DNA from: Octopus bimaculoides
Lineage: Eukaryota
NCBI RefSeq assembly: GCF_001194135.2
Contig: NC_068992.1
Span: 6,575,517-6,639,516 of the forward strand
Reading direction: 5' to 3'
DNA length: 64,000 nucleotides
Each line of letters starts with the position of its first letter. The stretch's first letter is position 1. The translations under genes and the position numbers were made by a program. The notes under the pieces are model-generated. The model was given only the letters and a program-made list of their open reading frames with translations, was not told the DNA's origin and made no database searches. Shown here in pieces: positions 1 to 12,300 of the stretch.

Positions 1-67
<67 letters not shown>

Positions 68-70
68 ATA
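1..70. repeat. Compound (TA)n/(TG)n microsatellite, representative of dozens of simple repeats in the window
   Basis: Directly visible dinucleotide runs. Similar (TA), (CA), (GA), (TACA), (GATA) and (GACA) tracts recur throughout. Confidence 0.97.
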
Positions 71-567
71 TATTACATATACCTTTGTTCCTACATGTAT
101 TTATGTGTATAAACATGATGATGTAAATAATGAAACTATAAAGAAGCGTAGCAAAAGATAGGTTTGCTTTGCCATTGTTTTGTCAGTTGAGTGCTGTGCT
201 TAGGCTGTGTTCAGATAAAGCTTTGAGCTAAGAAGCAGAGTGTATGTTAATTCTGATGATATATACATTACAATATAATGATGCCTTTTATTGAGGTGTT
301 TATATAAATGCAGAACGATGAAAGAATGAAGGACTATAAAATATTGGTTGGAAGGGAAGTGGAATTGTTAGCACACTGAATTTTAAAAAAAGCCAGATGT
401 AAATGTAAATATAGAGCGAAAAGAGGAAATGCTACATCTACAAGCTACATGCACATTGATGAATATTATATATGGAGAAGTGCAGATATGTATATCTGTA
501 TGTATTCTGTACATCTATATGCACACGCAAATACACACTGTCATGCTGAAATACATAACGCGCGTGC

Positions 568-660
<93 letters not shown>

Positions 661-1339
661 TCTACACACACAGATATACATTTATTTTTATATGCATACA
701 TATATATACATATATATATATATATGGGAGAATATACAAATAATAACAACAGACGAGGACAGGTGGTGTAAATAACAAAAGTATATATTAGTATGACGCT
801 CGGGAATACATACACATATAAACATATATATTCGTATGTATATGTACGTATGTGTACATAGAATATGTGCATGTATGTATATATATATATATATGTATCT
901 CTCTCTCTCTCTCTCTNNNNNNNNNNTATATATATACGTAAGTGTTTGATAAACACCGTCAATAAAACTTGGCAAACATTTATTAGATTCATATCTATAT
1001 CTATTTATCTATCTATTTGGGGTGCTATGGATAAATTGGCAAATATTTTTATTTTAGCGCATGCACATTGTTCGTTTTTGATTTTGTCGACTACACAGTA
1101 TAGTAGGGTCAGTTGAGCACCGTCTGTGAGAAAAACAGCACCATAACGCAATCCACACTCCCAGAAATTTGGTAACGACATGCTGTACTGCTTGGCATTC
1201 GCGGCTGAAGTGCCCGGAGGAGGTAGTGCTACCCTGAGTCAAGAGGGTGGCTGCTGGAAGACCATATGTCTGGCACCAGGACTCTGCACTATGCCACACA
1301 AGCAGGAGAACCCAGTAATGGCTACTTTGTTTACATTAT

Positions 1340-1462
1340 TTACAATTAACGGATATTTGTCCTCATCTTGTTTGTTGTTAACACAACGTTTCGGCTGATA
1401 TACCCTCCAGCCTTTATCAGGTGTCTTGGGGAAATTCCGAACCTGGGTTCACATTCCTAAGG
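1340..1462 (-). mobile_element. Fragment of an interspersed repeat carrying a minimal Penelope-type hammerhead motif
   Basis: Minus strand reads ...CCCCAAGACAC CTGATAAAGGCTGGAGGGTATATCAGCC GAAACGTTGTGTT AACAACAAACAAGATGAGGACAAATATCC. I recall this as the body of a recurring octopus repeat (not verified by search). Confidence 0.55.
1380..1425 (-). ncRNA. Minimal type I hammerhead ribozyme, probably inactive (G8 to A)
   Basis: Stem I GACAC/GUGUU; core CUGAUAA (consensus CUGAUGA, substitution at 1415) plus an extra A; stem II GGCUG/CAGCC; GAAA; palindromic AACGUU stem III with no loop, which would need dimerisation; GUU cleavage triplet. Confidence 0.55.
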
Positions 1463-1571
1463 TGTGTGTGCGTGCGTGTGTGCGTGCGTGCGTGTGTGTA
1501 TGTGACTGTGACGCAAGCCTCTTATTACACAGCCACACATACGTATATATACATGCATATATATATTATCT

Positions 1572-2510
1572 GAAATGCACAGTGTTATATGTCCATCACG
1601 GCTGATCTTACCAATCGGTTTCGCGTAAAGAATGCAATGGAGCGTTAGGTAACAATCCGATTATATAACCTTACGCTCATCAGAGGTAGCCGATATAGAA
1701 GGGACTATGGCGACTGCTCTCAATTGTCGGAAGTGGATTAACACATCCGGTTTGCGAGTGATGTGAAAAAGGGCCAGGGGATTAGATTAGGAGTTATATC
1801 TCTTGGTTGGGTATGCTGTAAGGCCGATAAGAGTTATCTTGAAGTATTTGTGGGGTAGGTGTGCGTTATTAAGTGTGGTTCTCCTGTGGGGGTGGGTTGT
1901 GTGGTGTGTGTAGTGGCGTCATTTGCATAATTTTTTTTCCAGGAGTATAGGTGTATATAGTTGTGTTCGTTGGTCTGTTTTCTTTCTGTATTGGTTAAGG
2001 TCGTGGGGATTATTATGTTAACTTGCGGTGTGTAATGTGTGTGTACGGGTGGGTCTATATATGTGTGGAGTACAATGTGTGTGAAGCGGTAAACGTTGGG
2101 TGGAGGGGCGCCTTGTAGGGGCGTGCGTGTGTGTACACAGGTGCATTGGCATGTGTTCTGGTCAAACTCTTTCCTACATATTCATGCATACACACGCGCT
2201 CGCGCCAACACACATATTGCGCTTGTGTGTTAATTGTGGCTCTGTTGGAATTGGTGCTACAAGTGGTAGTGGTGCCACTATTGAGGTAGGAGTGTTTTTA
2301 GTGGGGACGGTAGTAGCGGGAGTGGGGTTAAGTGTCAGCTGTGGTGGTTATGTTTTTGTGTCAGTGCTTACGGTCGTGTTCTTGTATTAATGCTAGTGAT
2401 GGTAGTATGATAGAGGAGCTGTAAGTACCGTTGAAGACTGTTGCTAGTTTTGGTGATGCCTGTGGTGCAGCTTGTACTGGCGGGGTGGGGTGATGGGGTA
2501 GTGGTAGTGA
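1572..2510 (-). mobile_element. Probable 3' or pseudo-LTR fragment of a Penelope-like retroelement
   Basis: About 940 bp strand-skewed block (G/T-rich on plus, C/A-rich on minus), distinct from the flanks, ending in a complete hammerhead. Penelope-like elements are known to carry hammerheads in their terminal repeats. No RT or GIY-YIG ORF is visible. Confidence 0.55.
1599..1692 (-). ncRNA. Type I hammerhead ribozyme with intact catalytic core
   Basis: Minus strand: CGGCU-AC-CU CUGAUGA GCGUAAGG [38-nt loop] CUUUACGC GAAA CC GAUU GG UA AG-AUC-AGCCG. Stem I is 2+5 bp around an internal loop, stem II is 8 bp, stem III is ACC/GGU, and the GUA cleavage site falls between 1609 and 1608. Confidence 0.85.
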
Positions 2511-2685
2511 GATTTTCTTTAATTCTTATTTGGAATCTGAATGTCATTTAACGTGCCAAAGAACAACCAAAATTATCAAGAACACGCACATATAGCGTGC
2601 CAAAACGTACTGTTTCTTTTATTAGCTTTGTTGCGTGTTGGTGCATCGCTACTGTGTCATATACATACATACATACATACATACA

Positions 2686-2719
<34 letters not shown>

Positions 2720-3197
2720 CATACAGGTGCGTATGTGCTTGTGTCTGAATGTGATTGAATGAATGTATAGAGGACTGAGGAGGAAATAAGATATAAAGAG
2801 AAAGAAAATATATATAAATACATAATCAAAAAAATGTTAATTAATAAATATAAATGGTTAATCCGAACATTGGATACGCTTTTGTGCTTATATTGTCTAT
2901 CTATCTATCTATCTCTATATGTGTGTATATATATATGTGTGTGTGTGTATGTAGACAGATTGATAGATAGACAGGTAGATATATCTATGCATACAACCAT
3001 GCGTATATATGTGTATCTATGTATATAGAAGCGTATGTTTATGTGCATATACGTATATACATATATAGACGTCTATACACACTCACACGCTTGTATATAT
3101 ATACGCATAACGGAAAAAGTAACACACAGCCAGACAGATAGATAGATCAATAGTCAGAAAGAAACATGCATAAATATACATACATATCCATTTGCGC

Positions 3198-3281
<84 letters not shown>

Positions 3282-3493
3282 GTGTGTGAGTGATCATGAG
3301 TGGTGGTGTGTAGGTTCCTACTCTCACACTGTTTGTTTTCATTTAATTAACTTTTACATTCATGCATGCCTCTTACTTCTCTAGTAAATGTCGTTATATA
3401 GAAAAATCGTGTTGACATTCTAATCTAGATCTATTTACGCAAAGATATTTTCATCATTATTTCCAAATTTACCTACATGTCTACTCTCTCTCC

Positions 3494-3545
<52 letters not shown>

Positions 3546-3951
3546 CTCTCTCTCGCACTCATTTACTCTCCCTCTCTCTTCTCACTGGTTCACTTCGTCA
3601 CTTTCACTATAGTACTTGAAAGTTAACATTCTAAAAAAGTAGCTAAGTATAAATGTATATTACATACTGACATAACTGGATATATACATACATACATACA
3701 TACATACATACATGTTTACATATATAAATACATACATACATACATGTATGCATACATACATGCTTACATACATACATTAGTTCATACATACAAATGTATG
3801 TGTATGCAGAAATTTTCCATATTTGTGTGTGTGTACTTGTGTCGATACATATATATATATATATATATGTTTGTTCTAAAGCATCGAAGATTCGGCCATT
3901 TAAGCCATAATCTGTTGGTATTACTATGTATTTCTATATGAATATGTAATG

Positions 3952-4002
<51 letters not shown>

Positions 4003-4060
4003 NNNNNNNNNNNNNNNNNNNNNNNNNNNNATCTGATAGATAGATAGATAGATAGATAGT

Positions 4061-4117
<57 letters not shown>

Positions 4118-4454
4118 GAGCATCCATCTCCAATTTACAACAATAACTAATCTTAGCGTTGTAGGAATTTACTGGTTGAACTAGAACAATATTCTATCTC
4201 CAAAATTTAACCTCTTTCTAAAGCTACCAACTATATCTCATTGGTTCAACCGGAACAAAGGTTATTACGAATAATTTGAGATACTCCGAAAATCTCAATT
4301 AAGCCTATAGATAATGCAAAGTATGAGTAGAGGTCAAGTGTGCCTCAGGCGATTCACACTATTCGAACAAACACCCTACTTAACAATAACACGTTGCAAA
4401 TCAACGTTAACAATAACTTTATAATAAAATGCTTAAGTGAATTAAAATAAATTT

Positions 4455-4610
4455 TGGTTTCAAATTTTGACACAAGGTCGACGATTTTGGTGGAAGGGAC
4501 AAGTCGATTAAATTCGACCACCAATACTCAACTGGTACTTGTTTTTTGACCCGGAAATGATGAAAGGCAAATATGACTTCGACGGAGTTTGAACTCAGAA
4601 TGAACGAAAT
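4455..4610 (-). mobile_element. tRNA-derived SINE family A, diverged and 5'-truncated
   Basis: Reverse-complement similarity to 8897-9116 (TTCTGAGTTCAAACTCCGTCGAAGTC...TTTCATC...AAGTACCAGTTGAGTATTG...CCTTGTGTC). Confidence 0.7.
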
Positions 4611-4930
4611 TAACATTCAAAGACACTTATCACTTGATCCACCCCGGCACCACTCAGGTCGACCGACCCTTGTACAAGCTGCAAGCAATTTTATGTAGCC
4701 AATAGTCGTGAACAGACTGTCAACTTTTGATACGATGAAGACACACACCCATACGAACGCGCGTGCGCACACACGCGCACACGTGATTATACATGTACAT
4801 GCATGTATATGTTTGTGTGCAGATAGATAGATAGATAGATAGATAGATATGAGTGTGTGGGTATTAATCCATTATGTATAAATATATATTTGGCTGTGTA
4901 TATGTGTATATGCATGTATATATGTGTGTG

Positions 4931-4990
<60 letters not shown>

Positions 4991-5620
4991 TACCATCGTC
5001 ATCGGCTCTTTGTCGCTTCCGAGTATTTCTTTGTACATTTGTAGTTCCATGAGAAAAGATCTGTGAAGAAACGCCTGTGGCGTAGCTTTGATTAGGGTGG
5101 ATCCCGACATGCCAGAAAATATCCCACGCACTGTAGTTTCAAAATAACCCCCTGTAGCACGTACAGGACCCTATATGTAGCATACAGGATCAGGTAACAA
5201 AACGGCTGCAGAGTGATGTCAGTGTTGCTTGAGCTGACCCTTCGTAGCCAGTGCATTTGGTATTGCACTCTTCCGCTAGTTCAATCGAAGAAATCACAGG
5301 TTTTGTTTTGTTGTTTAGAGAGTATCATTTTTGATTGCTTTTATAAAATTTTTGTTTGTTCTTTTTTCTAGTTTTGTCTTCTAGATCCGTTCAAAGTAGT
5401 GGGATCAGGCTCAAATATACCCACATGCATACAAATGGGGTATGTTGCATTAGGTACAAAATATATGTACAAAATACACACATTCATATACATAGATATA
5501 ACCATCCATATGTCTATCCATTCCCCTCATCCGTCTATCCATACAAACATACGTATGATGCTGTGTCATTTCCGGAATATTCTTTTTGCTTGCTATATCT
5601 TCTCTTCCCATTCAGAATCG

Positions 5621-5675
<55 letters not shown>

Positions 5676-6029
5676 TATATCTGAAAATATTTACAAAAAT
5701 ATTATTTCCCTTTATCCAGTCTTTCTGTTCTTTGGTTGGTCTCTAGCATTTTAAATGGAAGAACCTGAACGAGTTTTTCTAAAGAAGTTCCATAGATTAA
5801 ATTTGATACTACAATTGCCATTTATATGAATTTATGGTTCTGGGTTCTCGAGTGTTAAAGGGCTTTGTTAAGGCTTATTGATTATTCTAGAATTGACAGA
5901 AATGTATTTATTATCTTAACCTTGCAAAGTGAATGCTCGGTTTTCCAGATTTTATTACATTCAATGTTATCAGTAAGTATTTTAGCTGAATATGCTTCAT
6001 AGCGGCTTTTAAAATCTGTGCCTTATCGA

Positions 6030-6266
6030 ACTAACGTGATCGCTTGACTTACATGAAATAGCAACCAAATCTAACTCAAATAATACACTACCGTCTTGAA
6101 AATGGAAACATTGTATAATGTAGCACGTGGTGTCCATTTGTGGAGAAAAGCATAAAAAAGAAGCATAAAGACGAGATGGGATGATCATTGCTTGAATGGT
6201 TCTCGATTATATGTCTACTCGATCAAAGCCGACTTATGCAGGCGGCAGCAAAGAACAAGAATAACC
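6030..6266 (+). mobile_element. SINE-like family B (head GAAATAGCAGCCAAATCT...CTACCGTCTT, tail with AAC repeats), diverged
   Basis: Shares head and tail blocks with copies at 13468, 15955, 55605 and 63310. Confidence 0.5.
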
Positions 6267-6489
6267 AATGACAGCCGTGCTATGTCAATAAAGTTCAGTG
6301 GTGTTTACAAGACCAAAGGTCGATTATTTTCATGTCCAGCCGACTTCCACCAAGTATTTACTGTTAATAAAAACTTGTTTAACTTAATACTCACTTGACT
6401 TTTACCTCCCAATTCATTTTGAAGCAGTAATGTAAATATTATAATTCTAACAAAATACTATCACGCAGTCCGTCTAGTTGGTGCTTTGT

Positions 6490-6700
6490 TTGTTGTTTAA
6501 ACCCCAGATTTCACAGGGTCGAGCTGATATGCAGTAAAAGACACCCCAGGTGTGTTATCTCCCTATTATTTCCTATGTACAGGGAACCTAGAACCGCATT
6601 ATCTATCATGTGTGTTTTAAGACTATGAGGTGTCATCTAATCAAGTTTTGGCTACCATTATTACTGGCAAGTCGAGTAACCATAAAGAGGCTTCCTCTCT
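6490..6700 (-). mobile_element. SINE-like family B, diverged
   Basis: TTGTTGTTTAAACCCCAG...TTAAGACTATGAGGTGTC...TTTGGCTACC...GGCAAGTCGAGTAACC matches family B in reverse orientation. Confidence 0.5.
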
Positions 6701-7881
6701 AACTCGCAGTCACTCTAGCGTTTTTGTTGTTTTGTTTTTGTATGTTTAAAAAACTTTTTTTAATGTGTAATTAGTGGGTGTGGAGTAATTGACAAAACTT
6801 GTTTTGATTTGGGAGTGAGTTGAGTACATACATTAGAATGACGGTTAGCGTGATGAGAGGTTCAGATAACTGTTACCATTCACTCGCCGGCACAATTGCA
6901 TCAAATTATAGTTTGTAATGATTACAATAAGGAGTGGCATTTGTGAAGTAAAGTAAATTTCAACATATAATATTATATGCCTGTGGTTTCACAATAAGAT
7001 CCTGTTTGTTGAAGGTCAATGGGTACAATTAATTCCTGTCGTTTTATAAATGGGTGGCTGATATCATTTGCTGTCTGGTTTAATGCTGCCCTCTCGTTCT
7101 TGGGGTTCTTTAGCGAAGCCCTTCTAGCTATTCGGAGAGAAATCTCTGACTTGTGGATATCTTCTACTTTTCTTAGTACCAATCTCTAAGGTCCTGAAGA
7201 ATTACATGATCATGGGGTGCCCTTCCTTCCCTTAATAAAAAATAAAATGTAAAAAGCTATGCTTGTGGTTTAATTGAACAAATCGACCTTAGTCCTTTCT
7301 TTTTCTTTCTTTCTTTTTTTCTAAGTTTAGTACTTATTTTATCGGTATATTTTGCGGAACTGCTAAGTTACGGGGTCGTAAACAGTGCAACACCATCTGG
7401 CAAGCAGGAGGAAAAAAAAATTAACATAAAACAGCTAGAAAATAAGGGCCTGGTAAGGCCATATTTAATACCATAGGGTTAAAAGTGATAAGGGGGCGGA
7501 ATACATTAGACAATATTAGTTTATGTACTTTCATTGTATTCTTATGTATTTCTATGCAGACAGAAAAAGTAGCAAATGATCTGACTCGAGTTTCGGTTAT
7601 ATCTGGAATAATCCTCAGAGAACGTGTAGAACTCCCTCTGGGCACAGAGAATTCTGTAGCTAATAGCATTATAAGTCCACTAAATATGATAATATCAGCG
7701 AATTAGAGATTCTAGTTTGCATAATTTATAGTGCTAACGTTGGTAGCTATTTTTATTAAATAAGAAAATGTGCGCAAAATAGCTATGATATATGGTAATA
7801 TATATCTGTACTGAAACATTACAAGATTTAATTGAAGCAGAAAATGTTTTAAACTGTGTACTGTTTCAACACACACACACA

Positions 7882-7939
<58 letters not shown>

Positions 7940-7955
7940 NNNNNNNNNNTCTCTG

Positions 7956-8009
<54 letters not shown>

Positions 8010-8896
8010 GTATATATATATATATGTAAATATAAGAGGGGCGGGAAAACATAAATCAAAATGTTGGTAAATACACACAAGGAGTTTTCTACTTCTACCA
8101 TGATGACAGGAAAATCATGAAAAATCTCGGTCGTTGGCTTCCGCTACATCTCCATCACCTCAGAGCCGGGTGTCAATTAAGATGGTAAAGTTGAGGAGGA
8201 TTTATATGAGGAGAAAGAAGTAGGACCGATGTGCATAAGACAGGCAAGCAGAAGGCTCCTGCTGAAAACCGCATCAATAACTTAACATAATATGAAATTA
8301 ACCCAAAAGCTGTTGGATGGTTTTTTTGGGGGGTTTTTTTTAACATGACCCAAATACTAACTGACGTGTTTCGACGCTGAAATTCACAGATCTTTGTGCA
8401 ACCAATAAAAATTGTGATATCCTTAGAGGATCTATATAGCTATTTTGGGTTAAATTCAGAAGAGGTTCGAGAGAAAATTGGTTCCTATAGTACGATCCCT
8501 CGCGAAAAGCAGGATTCCAATAATAACCGAAGAACAATTCTATAAAGAGATTTTTTTCGACTGTCCCGACCCAAGACTTGCTCACTTATATATTTGGAAC
8601 AAGAGATTACGTGAAATAGAAAAAGAAACTTAAGGAATGACAGATGCAGAAAGCGCTGATCTTCGCTGAAGTGCTTTTTGTACTTGTGTGTAGGTCGTTT
8701 ACCCGATTTGTATTTTCACTTATTTCGATTTAAATTATATCTTGTTTTAATTATAGCATATTTTGAATAATTTTATATTTATTCAATGATTTATCACGTA
8801 TAACCAACGTCCATCACATAAACGTCATTATTCCTCTCAACATCTTTATATAGCAATGTTCTTTTCCATACCTTTTCATATTATATTTATATATAA

Positions 8897-9116
8897 GGCG
8901 GCGAGCTGGCAGAAACGTGAGCACGCCCGGCGAAATGCTTAGCGGTATTTCGTCTGCCGTTACGTTGTGAGTTCAAATTCCGCCGAGGTCGACTTTACCT
9001 TTCATCCTTTCGGGGTCGATAAATTAAGTACCAGTTGCGTATTGAAATCGATCTAATCGACTGGGCCCCGCCCTCAAAATTTCGGGCCTTGTGCCTAGAG
9101 TAGAAAGGAATATTAT
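8897..9116 (+). mobile_element. tRNA-derived SINE family A, near full length
   Basis: GGCGGCGAGCTGGCAGAAACG (A-box-like), GAGTTCAAATTCC (B box), TTTCATCCTTTCGGGGTCGATAAATTAAGTACCAGTTG, GGCCTTGTGCCTAGAGTAGAAAG, AT-rich tail. Further copies occur in the window. Confidence 0.9.
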
Positions 9117-12100
9117 ATTTATATGTAAAAGCCCATGTGGCTAATAAATAACAAACTATCATCATCATCACGATTTTCATTGTTACTTTCGAAAAGTCGA
9201 AGGCAGTTACTGTCGAGGTAACACATATAATTAGCTTGCTTTTCATTTATTATTATTATTAGTCATCCTATTAAATTCATTTCATTTTCCACCGAAGTAT
9301 CTATTTTTAAAAATAACTTACAATCGCAGAGCAACTACAACGAACAAACAAATACATACATAAAGAGACAATTCAAGTTAAATAACGATGTTATTTCTAA
9401 AAGTATTCCATTAAAATCAGAAATAAGACAAGAAAGAAAACGTCGATATAGAGAAGTTTAACTTAGTATACTCTCCGATCATTAAAGTCATTTAAACCGT
9501 TCTTAAAAAAAAAAAAGAAAGCAAAAACTTTTTGAAAACCTTTTTCCATCATTATCTTTTCTGCCGGTAGCCTAGTCGTATATATATACATATATACATT
9601 ACACACACATATGTATGTGCGTATGTGTGCATCAATATTATAGGTCTGTATTGTCAATACTTGTTGTATATATATATATATATATATATAATTATATTAT
9701 TGCGTATTATTTTTATTATTATTATATCTATATCTATATATATATATAGAGAGAGAGAGATAGATAGATATAGATATATATCTACTATAGTCCTATACTA
9801 TATGTTTCGTATTTTCTCTCTTCGTTACTATATGCAAGATGTGTGTATGAGTGAGAATAAATGTATGTGTGTATATTTTTGAGTACATGTGTGCATTATG
9901 TCCCTACACTCCTATGATTTAGAACACTTTCTCGAAAGATGGATCGGTTGGGAAAATCAGCAATTTCTTTCGTTGCTTATGTCCACCATTCATTACATCG
10001 TATCGAAATCAAGATTCCTCTTCGTTTAATTATCCCTAGAAAAAAAAGACAGAGTTTTTTCTGAAATAGGGGACGACCGATCTACAGTTTCAGTACTTTC
10101 TTAATGATTTATATCTCAGAAACTCGATCAGAAGAACATCGCAAGACATCAAACTGGTTCATGCACGGCCCTTTTATCCTGGCCCCTTTGACTAAACGTT
10201 TGTTGTTTCACCTTTGAGAACTAGTAGTCTAATCCTCTTCAAATTACTTTGATAGACCTTCAAAAAACAAAAAAAGGAACAAATACAATGAGTAATGTTG
10301 TTCACTATTTCGAGGGTAAAAAGACGAGATGGTCACACCTGCCATATCTCTGGATATAGGCCCGATGAAGATTCTTCTAAGGACAACAGCCAGAACAAGA
10401 TAAACAAACAATAGTATCATTTAATTATGCCATCCTCATAATCATCTTCAGCATGGTTAATGGCATAAATCCTTATTTGATGTGATAGCTGTACGGCATA
10501 TACATATTTGGGGGTGGCCGGCCAATCAAATTAGTGGCCGCCCTTACATGTTTCGACTGTTGTTCTTACTACGATGCTGATGCGGCTTATACCACCAAGC
10601 CTCAGGGCAGCACTCATTGAACAGACCAATGATCAAGAAAGTTGGAAACGAGACTGCACAGTATTTTTTATTTTAAAAACATAGCGTTCTTAGTAATATT
10701 ACATTATCCAAAGTGCTTTAGTAGGATTTGAGTGCGATATGGCTACTATTTCTAGAAGATTGAGCAGCTGTATAATGATACATACGTAATGCTATAGTGT
10801 TACGGTTTCCAATGTCTCCGACACTATCGATTCACCATCCACATTTTAAAATTTAATTTAAGATTTTCATTTTGAACATTGATTTTAAATGCTGTATTGC
10901 CAATTATGAGTTACAAGAAATTTCACTCATACATTAAATGATATAGAAATACGTGGTTCTTATACACTTTATTTATTTTCCTTCTCATTCGCTAAATTTT
11001 GGTTCTGCTTTTATGGCGGAGTTATAATCTAAAATGCTGCTTACTATTTCTAACATTGGGATAGCACACTCAGAGGGACGAAAGATATTTGCGAATTTAA
11101 AGAAACGCTGGCTAACTTTTACAGTGTTGTCACTAATTACAAAAGTGAACTACACGATCCTACCGTTCCTCTCTTATCAACCAACGTGATAGCTTCAATG
11201 CAGTAGCTCCGCCAAAAATATTTCAGATATACTCTACTATTTTAAATAGAGTTCTTGATTATAAAAATTTAAAAAAATAAAACATGTTTGATGGTCACAG
11301 CTGAAGCGCTTCTGAGCATATGCCTGCTTCACCAAGACAACTTTTGGGTTATATATCAATCACATGTTTTCAGCCTGGTGGATTTTAAGAAGCCTAGAAC
11401 TTTGCAATTACACTGTCTTAAACATGAAATATAGCAGTATACGAACTATCGGCTCTTCAACCGTATGCCCTCTGTCTTTTGATTTAGTCAGCTGTGGCAC
11501 AAATTTCTCATTTATCTTAAATTTTCTGTGTTAAACTAAATAAACAAGTATGTTGTCTCATAACAGGTACCCTCTGTAAAATAGTAGATTAACAGGAATA
11601 AAAAAACAAGAATAACTTATAAATCGGGTTTCAACCTGTTAGAAAAACGCTACAAAATTTCAAATCTTTTCCCTCTGTCTTAGAAAACAAAGTTATAAGC
11701 AATCAGGAAAATTTAGTTCCAGATTCATTATATTGTCATCTTGTCTTCGTTATAATTCTATTTACTCTCGGCACTTGTCTTGACTGCGAAAGTTGAAAAC
11801 AAAGTTCAACTCGACAAGATTTTAACTAAATACCACTGGGCATTTTCTCCGACTCTCTATTGATTTTACCAATCTATTGCTGTAACATAAGGACTGGATA
11901 GGTACGGCTGAAACGTCTTTCATCGTCAAGTCTGTCCAATCAAGTATGTCTTGGGGCTAAACAACAACAACATAGTAAATTAACATTGAGATTATCGATT
12001 AATTCTTGAATATGATATTTCAACGTTGTATTGGCTACTACCAACTACAATCCATTAGTACATATAAATATAGATGTTGGCTCGCATTTATATATCTATA

Positions 12101-12300
12101 TTGTTAATCTTCTTAATGTCAATTTTAGAGCTTAGAATTGATAATCCCTATTTTCTCTGCACTTTAAAGATTACATGGAGCAGAAATATTCATTATGAAG
12201 ATAATAGATTTATCACAAGCAACAAATCCGCCTTTCAATCAATCTATTAATTGCCCAAGTTCTAGGATTTTGTATGCAGTAGTCTCAAAATGGAATGCGT

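Noticed and set aside
429-992. Long ORFs rich in IY, HT, CV, YLSI or X in the supplied track (this cluster and similar ones up to 57087)
   Set aside because: They are translations of (TA)n, (CA)n, (TG)n and (GATA)n tracts or N gaps, which lack stop codons in some frames.
2100-2390. 96-aa Val/Gly-rich ORF and the antisense Pro/Thr-rich frames
   Set aside because: Low-complexity consequence of strand skew within the Penelope-like fragment; the antisense frames are interrupted by stops.
10545-10640. Possible broken hammerhead (GAAACAUGUA, GGCUU/AAGCC, GCCCU/AGGGC) on the minus strand
   Set aside because: The core is missing, a 29-nt insertion would be needed, and part of it overlaps a family-B SINE.
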